From Promethearchaeota archaeon (lineage in GTDB: Archaea > Asgardarchaeota > Lokiarchaeia > Sigyniarchaeales > SOKP01): a stretch of DNA of 61,877 nucleotides. Shown in pieces: positions 56,775 through 61,877 of this stretch. A program made the position numbers and the translations under genes. Position 1 is the stretch's first letter. Every line of letters starts with the position of its first letter. The stretch lies in NCBI GenBank assembly GCA_014730165.1, contig WJIS01000026.1:1-61877 (forward strand), written 5' to 3'. The notes beneath the pieces are model-generated. The model ran no database searches. It had not been told where the DNA came from and saw only the letters and a program-made list of their open reading frames with translations.

Positions 56775-56808
56775 TCTTTTCAAAGGGGAGGGAAAGGAAG
56801 GGGGTATA
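56775..56808 (-). repeat. C-rich ...TTTGAAAA 3'-flank motif, copy d (minus orientation)
   Basis: The minus strand reads tataCCCCCttcctttCCCTCCCCTTTGAAAAga. It lies about 20 nt after the stop of a 13-codon minus-strand ORF remnant next to repeat copy 2. Confidence 0.65.
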
Positions 56809-56909
56809 TACCATTCTCATGACTTTAAATCTCTGTAAAGAAAGAGGAGTATTGAATTATATCCATAAATAGAAACAAATGATGAAAAAAAGCCCTCCGA
56901 CAAAGTTAC

Positions 56910-56974
56910 CCAGCTAATCCATAGAATCCAATCAATTTCAAGAGATTTCACTTTATTGTAAAGATAAATTTATA
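56910..56974. repeat. Direct repeat copy 2 (att-like), carrying a truncated duplicate of the kinase gene start
   Basis: ccagctaatccaTagaatccaatcaatttcaagagatttcactttattgtaaagataAatttata. On the minus strand it reads TTG-KLIGFYGLAG and then a stop. Confidence 0.9.
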
Positions 56975-57102
56975 AAACATTGAATAAAACTTAAATCTAT
57001 ATAAAATATTAAGCATAAAAAATAAAATAATATTAGCAAGATCCTATATTGTTATAGAGATTTCACTTCTTGAATATAATTCAGATCCAGATTGAATTAA
57101 TT

Positions 57103-58323
57103 ATGGTGAATTATTCTAATAATAGAAAGAGTGAACAAAACAAAGAGGGAACCTATGAAAGATCGCTTCGTAGTCCTGAATTGATGAAGTTCCTCAAAAA
57201 AAAAGATAAGACTGATGATAAGGAACAAGATAGATTTATTAAGGTTAAGTGGAAAGCATATCGTCGGATAGTTGGTTATGCGATTAGGTATGCAAACAAA
57301 GATATATCCTCTAGTAAATGGAGAGAAGTTTATGGAATTTTAGTGGGGAGCATAGAGGATAAGAATATTGTTTTGGTAAAAGATGCTATACCAATGATAG
57401 TTGGTGATAGAGCAGGTGTAAAATATGAAAACAAACAGTATGTAGATATGGCACAAATTGATGCTTCAATTTTTGAAAGATCTATACATGATAACAAGAA
57501 TGATTTTATTATAGGTTGGTGGCACACGCATCCGGGATTTGGATTTTTTTTATCTCCTATTGATTGTCTAACTCAATTAGGGTATCAGATACCGAATCCA
57601 AAAGCCATCGGACTTATTTTTGATCATACAAAAATGGATTCTAAATCATTAGGAATTGGTGTCTTAACGTTAAAAAATCCAGAAATAGGTGTGAGGTCTA
57701 GTTATCACATTATCGAAAATATAGAATATGAATTAGAACAATCGAAAATGGTTAAGAAAGCTAGAAAAATCATGGATAGAGTAAAGAAAAACAATGAAGA
57801 TATAATAGAAAATATTAATTATATCCAAGAAACTCTCATAAATAAAGGGTATTATAAATTACAAGAGGAATTCGGACTCATACCAGAACGAAATCAGAAT
57901 GAGGTCCCGATTGATGAGCAAATTCAACGCATAAACGAGGAAAATGTGGAATTTATTTGGGATATGACGGATTCAGAAGCAGATTATACCATCCCCAAGT
58001 TTCGGCAAGACTTAGAGGAGGAACTCAAAGATTATCATGAAGAACTCAAAAAGCTCCAAGAGGATGAAGAAAAAGGAAAATTAAAACAGAAAAAAAAGAA
58101 ATATAATAAGAAAATAATTTCGAAGCTAGAAAAACCAACCCAATGGTATCTCAAGTTATTGAGTGATTTCAATGATAAATTAGAGAAGATATCAGATTTT
58201 TTCGATTATCTTGACACAAATGAACGCAAAACGATAGAGAGCTTCGAAAAAAAACTTTCTAATTATCATGATGTGTTGGAAGAAATTCTCCATTGGGCAG
58301 AATTTTCTGTATTTGAGAGCTAA
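57103..58323 (+). CDS. JAMM/MPN+ metalloprotease domain protein with a long coiled-coil C-terminal tail
   Basis: Complete JAMM motif: EVYGILVG (Glu) and GWWHTHPGFGFFLSPID (HxHx7Sx2D). The C-terminal ~200 aa are K/E-rich heptad-like. First ATG at 57103; the track starts at a TTG at 57070. Confidence 0.8.
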   Translation: MVNYSNNRKSEQNKEGTYERSLRSPELMKFLKKKDKTDDKEQDRFIKVKWKAYRRIVGYAIRYANKDISSSKWREVYGILVGSIEDKNIVLVKDAIPMIVGDRAGVKYENKQYVDMAQIDASIFERSIHDNKNDFIIGWWHTHPGFGFFLSPIDCLTQLGYQIPNPKAIGLIFDHTKMDSKSLGIGVLTLKNPEIGVRSSYHIIENIEYELEQSKMVKKARKIMDRVKKNNEDIIENINYIQETLINKGYYKLQEEFGLIPERNQNEVPIDEQIQRINEENVEFIWDMTDSEADYTIPKFRQDLEEELKDYHEELKKLQEDEEKGKLKQKKKKYNKKIISKLEKPTQWYLKLLSDFNDKLEKISDFFDYLDTNERKTIESFEKKLSNYHDVLEEILHWAEFSVFES

Positions 58324-58488
58324 TTCTTGTTCGTTTTTGAACTTTTTTCAAGTATGTTTTAAATTTACTGAAGCAAAAGTATTAATAAGAATTAGACAAA
58401 TTTTATATTAATTAGTTTACTAACTATACATGAGCTTCTTTTAAATTTATAATACGAATATTTCAAAAATAAAAAGGATCATTTTATA

Positions 58489-58797
58489 ATGCATAATAAC
58501 ATTATCAATATTCGAAGGAGAAATGACCGCGATCAAGCAATAAAGGACGCAATATTCGCTTTCTCTGGAGGACAAAAATCTGTTTTAATCAAAGGAGAGG
58601 GAAAAGAGATATCCACAGCGGTAGAGATCGCAGAAATCTTAAAACAACGAATGTATCCTTCTATTGAAATATCGGAAGTTAATTTAGGAAGTCGACCTTA
58701 TTTTAGAAAAAGGGGACAAAACCGAAGGAATAAAAAGAGATTCAATAAAGACATCATTTCAAATATAGTAATTGAAATATCAAAAATAGAGATATAA
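58489..58797 (+). CDS. Alba-superfamily-like nucleic-acid-binding protein
   Basis: 102 aa. NIINIRRRNDRDQAIKDAIFAFSGGQKSVLIKGEGKEISTAVEIAEILKQR follows the Alba beta-alpha-beta-alpha-beta-beta pattern (V.IKA.G.AIs.AV.vAEil). It has a basic tail. Confidence 0.5.
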   Translation: MHNNIINIRRRNDRDQAIKDAIFAFSGGQKSVLIKGEGKEISTAVEIAEILKQRMYPSIEISEVNLGSRPYFRKRGQNRRNKKRFNKDIISNIVIEISKIEI

Positions 58798-58816
58798 TCT
58801 AATCGAGTGAAAAGAA

Positions 58817-58981
58817 TTGACTTTTGAGGAATTAGGACCTCTACTTAAAGAAGAGCGTACACCAGCAGTTTGTGAAATATGTAATAACTATATTTATAAG
58901 AGAGTTTATCATGATGAGAACTCTAAGGGTAAAAAGAAGACTGTGTTTGTGTGCAAAAATTGTTTAAACAACAAGAAATAA
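58817..58981 (+). CDS. Candidate 54-aa zinc-ribbon protein (TTG start)
   Basis: Own translation: (M)TFEELGPLLKEERTPAVCEICNNYIYKRVYHDENSKGKKKTVFVCKNCLNNKK. It has CxxC...CxxC and starts 20 nt after the Alba-like gene. It falls below the track's size cutoff. Confidence 0.3.
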   Translation: MTFEELGPLLKEERTPAVCEICNNYIYKRVYHDENSKGKKKTVFVCKNCLNNKK

Positions 58982-59121
58982 CCGTGTAAGTTAGCAAACT
59001 GAATGAAATACACTCTATATTATTCTTTAAGAGCAAAAAGGTTCTGATCTAAAACCAGGAAAAACCACAATGTGATTAGTTAAATCACATTAAGGAAAAA
59101 AAATTAAGAACAAAAATATTT

Positions 59122-59964
59122 CTATTTTTGTGTAATTTTCACATCCTTCTTAACGTCTTTATTCTTTTTCTGCTCTCTTTCTTTAAGGTATTTGTTCCAA
59201 TCAAAGCCAATTATAAAGAACATGATAGTTATCGTAAATAGAAGCATAATAGCTTCGGTTATCACACTCGAAAAATCGCTGGTATCTGCTCCTGTAGCTA
59301 ATAAGCCCATTGCAATCAGAATTGGCCAGCAACAATAGAAGATTGTGGTGATGTTTTTCCCTAACCATCCAGGGATTAGAGCTTTCCAAATTGGATATTT
59401 TATAAGCCCTAAAGGTAGAAATAATATATCGTCAGGTAAAGGAGTCAAAGCAAATAAGAAAACGTATAAAGGAGTACGCTTTTTATTTCGTAAAATCAAC
59501 TTTCCAAAACCGTCAATGTTCTTTAATAAATCAGAGTTTTTAGTCTCAGCAAATTTCTTAGCTCCAAAACCAACAATATATCCTGAAAACTCTCCTAAAG
59601 CAGAACCTAATCCTCCCAAGATAGATAAGCCAAGAATTTCAAACCAGAAATTTGGAGATGCTAAAACTTGATTTAGAGTAAGCAATTGACCTAAATATCG
59701 TAAATAAACTGAATTTGAAAGAGTAAATAACACAAATGGAAACGGAACCGGAAATCCAATCGAAGCGGAACCTAAAAAACATATTACAAATGAGATGAGC
59801 AGTGCCCATAAATAGTTAGAACCTTCTGTAATACCCGCAACATTTTTCCTTATGTCAATTATAAAGTCTTGAAATGGCTTTACAAAGAAGAATAAGAGTA
59901 GATATGAAATAACTAGAAGATAAATAATAACAAAAACTATTGTCAATCTTTTCATGAATACCAT
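59122..59964 (-). CDS. VTT-domain (DedA/TVP38/TMEM41-like) membrane protein
   Basis: 280 aa, multi-pass. GEFSGYIVGFGAKKF and LTPLPDDILFLPLGLIKYP resemble the DedA/VTT re-entrant loop motifs. Confidence 0.5.
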   Translation of the reverse strand: MVFMKRLTIVFVIIYLLVISYLLLFFFVKPFQDFIIDIRKNVAGITEGSNYLWALLISFVICFLGSASIGFPVPFPFVLFTLSNSVYLRYLGQLLTLNQVLASPNFWFEILGLSILGGLGSALGEFSGYIVGFGAKKFAETKNSDLLKNIDGFGKLILRNKKRTPLYVFLFALTPLPDDILFLPLGLIKYPIWKALIPGWLGKNITTIFYCCWPILIAMGLLATGADTSDFSSVITEAIMLLFTITIMFFIIGFDWNKYLKEREQKKNKDVKKDVKITQK

Positions 59965-59976
59965 AGTGAATACCAG

Positions 59977-60363
59977 CTATTTTGTAATTTTTGTATTTAA
60001 TCCATTTCTTGCCTTTAGTATTAAATCCAAATTATCTTCAATAATTCCTACTTTATTGACTCTATTTGGCATCATTAAATCTTCAAGCATTATGATAAAT
60101 TCATCTGTTTTAGGGTTATAGATTAAATCTCCTTTCTCAACTTCTTTTTTCGCATGACTGAGATTTGGTCCTTTAAAAATTTCTAATCCAGGAAGGGTCC
60201 AATATTTTTTGGAGCCAAAACTAAACCTTCCTCGGAGAACTAGAGGTATTTTATCAAGGATAGCGTCTGCAGATAATGGCGCTATATGTCTAATAATTTT
60301 ACCTTTTAATTTCCCAATTCCAAATAATTCCACTTTTATTGGTACATCCGCCGCATTTGACAT
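59977..60363 (-). CDS. Small conserved archaeal protein, possibly cyclophilin-like fold
   Basis: 128-aa ORF. The pattern A..I...LP......WG.E.Y is loosely similar to TM1367-type cyclophilin-like proteins. Weak. Confidence 0.3.
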   Translation of the reverse strand: MSNAADVPIKVELFGIGKLKGKIIRHIAPLSADAILDKIPLVLRGRFSFGSKKYWTLPGLEIFKGPNLSHAKKEVEKGDLIYNPKTDEFIIMLEDLMMPNRVNKVGIIEDNLDLILKARNGLNTKITK

Positions 60364-60915
60364 AGTATTTGGTTTGTTAACTCTAATATAAATCTTTTTT
60401 TAATATATTGTAAATTATGTACGATCAATTAATTCATAAATAAAGGTTATCAATTTTAAATCTGAGCAAAATCCGATTAGATTTTATTGAAGTTATAATA
60501 GGGTTCATAATATTTATTCCTTTTATTATAAAAAGATTTAAATAATCTAATTCTTATTGCTTATTCGGACAATAGAAAATTTAATTGCATTGGTTTGAAT
60601 ACTTTAATGCTCCAATTTTCAATGAGAGTAATTTAATTTTTACGCGATAGTAATAACTGAGAAACCTATGATGATTTTTTTAATACTATGATACTTAATT
60701 TTTAATTTTCTTCTATATCAAAGATCAAGAAACTTAATCGCAGAGAGGGTATCTGAGTTCATTGAATTAATGAGTTCACTAACTTCTATTAAATAATCAT
60801 TTCGATATATTTTGCAATTTTGATAATATTCGAGGATTTTGAACAAATATCATAAAAAAACGTTTAAACAACATCAAATGATTTCTCTGAAGCAAGCTAC
60901 AGAATATACATTGTT

Positions 60916-61773
60916 TCATTGAAATCTATTGTCCATTTCTATTTTCTTTTCGAGATTTTTCATATCTGATAAAAAATCGATATCATAAAATTCAAGGGCT
61001 TTTTTCAATTTTATCGCAAGAATGTCATGTTTAGATTTACAATAATAATTAGCCAGGTTCTTAATTGATTTAACTTCATGTCTCTCAGCTAAATTTATCC
61101 ATAATTTAAATTTCGAAAAGGGTAGGACAAATATCGGAAAAATCTCATTTATTATATCATCTGTCCGTATTTTAGAGAGAGTTCTTGTATATATTTCGGA
61201 TAGGATATCGAATTTATCACTCAATCTAAAAAATTTTACACATGAGATATTTTTTTCTGAAATATCTTTGATATATTTGAATTTTTTAGTCAGATCCTTC
61301 TTTTTAACTGTCTTATAGAAAATTAATGGCTCTTCCAAGGTGCTGGGAATCGATTTAATGATTTTTATGATAACCTGAAATAGTGATTCTTGAAATATGG
61401 TATCTCCAGGGATTATTAATAATATAGAATTTTCGTTTAGTAATTTAGAATGTTTTTTAATAGAGAGCAATGAGTATAGCGGTCCTTTTTGATATTCCCC
61501 CTCTGAATCAATAACATTAATTGTCAAATCTTCAGAAAAAGAACTTCTTACATTACTGGAAACATAATCATCTATTTTATCACCTAAATAACCTGTAATT
61601 ATAATTAGATCATCAACTCCGTATTTTAATAGTTTATGAATTGAATAATTAAGAGTTGATTGAAAAGGTAAATTTTCTATTCTTAACAACGGTTTGGGAG
61701 TAGATTGAGTTAATTTTCCCAGTCGAAGACCTTTTCCAGCACACAATAAAACGCCAACTATTTTTTCATTCAT
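60916..61773 (-). CDS. Nucleotidyltransferase (sugar-phosphate NTP-transferase family)
   Basis: 285 aa. N-terminal GVLLCAGKGLRLG (GxGxR) and KPLL. Its start overlaps the upstream gene's stop (ATGA). Confidence 0.65.
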   Translation of the reverse strand: MNEKIVGVLLCAGKGLRLGKLTQSTPKPLLRIENLPFQSTLNYSIHKLLKYGVDDLIIITGYLGDKIDDYVSSNVRSSFSEDLTINVIDSEGEYQKGPLYSLLSIKKHSKLLNENSILLIIPGDTIFQESLFQVIIKIIKSIPSTLEEPLIFYKTVKKKDLTKKFKYIKDISEKNISCVKFFRLSDKFDILSEIYTRTLSKIRTDDIINEIFPIFVLPFSKFKLWINLAERHEVKSIKNLANYYCKSKHDILAIKLKKALEFYDIDFLSDMKNLEKKIEMDNRFQ

Positions 61774-61877
61774 TCTCTAGTAATAACTATTGTATTACCA
61801 TCCATATCAATAACGATGGTATGTTCTTCTTGAGCTACAGGTTTTTTGCTTCTCTCAATTAAGATATTATATTTATC
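61770..61877 (-). CDS. C-terminal end of an M24-type peptidase (methionine aminopeptidase-like), partial
   Basis: Own translation of the minus strand: ...DKYNILIERSKKPVAQEEHTIVIDMDGNTIVITRE then a stop. The AQ.EHT..V..DG...T ending is typical of MetAP/M24 enzymes. The N-terminus lies beyond the window. Confidence 0.45.
   Translation of the reverse strand, partial: DKYNILIERSKKPVAQEEHTIVIDMDGNTIVITRE

Larger units (their letters stand above)
52046..56974. mobile_element. Putative integrated element / insertion island bounded by 65-bp direct repeats (no integrase recognised)
   Basis: See the two repeat features. The interior has a partly GC-richer composition, two PIN TA modules, an LRR-only ORF, fragmentary ORFs and a recurring 3'-flank motif. 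Confidence 0.6.

Noticed and set aside
53608-56808. The recurring 3'-flank motifs as integron attC sites in a cassette array
   Set aside because: I saw no R''/R' inverted core sites (RYYYAAC/GTTRRRY), no imperfect palindrome spanning each site and no IntI-like gene. The cassette-like layout is reported as a finding without calling it an integron.
53163-60391. Antisense track ORFs 53163..53387, 53863..54213, 54503..54691, 54776..55018, 55908..56177, 57330..57527, 59201..59389, 59345..59671 and 60209..60391
   Set aside because: Same reasoning. They overlap better-supported genes on the opposite strand or in another frame and carry no motifs.
60364-60915. Long 550-nt AT-rich intergenic gap, checked for a small gene, RNA or repeat
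   Set aside because: I could see no open frame with a motif, no GC-rich structured segment and no repeats. It is probably promoter or spacer DNA.

Overview
This is an AT-rich, gene-dense archaeal chromosomal segment with about 60 credible CDS on both strands. I saw no rRNA, tRNA or CRISPR array. Archaeal markers include O-phosphoseryl-tRNA(Cys) ligase (SepRS), a ThrRS with the archaeal N-terminal editing domain, CTP-type riboflavin kinase with RibL FAD synthase, a CDP-alcohol phosphatidyltransferase and a translin-like protein. Eukaryote-like proteins are also present: a Ras/Rab-like small GTPase, a longin/roadblock-like protein, a JAMM/MPN+ protease, an LRR protein and an Alba-like protein. 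Together these suggest an Asgard (Lokiarchaeia-like) genome; this is inference only. The rest is core metabolism, a redox operon (SDR, FAD-oxidase, CCG Fe-S, ALDH) and a cell-surface/glycosylation cluster with a 1238-aa repeat protein. The most unusual region is 52046-56974, a ~4.9-kb insertion bounded by 65-bp direct repeats that duplicate the 5' end of a P-loop kinase gene. It carries two PIN toxin-antitoxin modules, an LRR-only ORF and a GC-richer orphan gene, and I found no integrase. Its genes are each followed by a recurring C-rich ...TTGAAA 3'-flank motif. A second foreign element is a GC-rich, frameshifted tnpB 3' remnant with a structured omega-RNA-like tail at 35264-35640. All calls rest on reading the sequence and the ORF translations by eye; no searches or computations were run.
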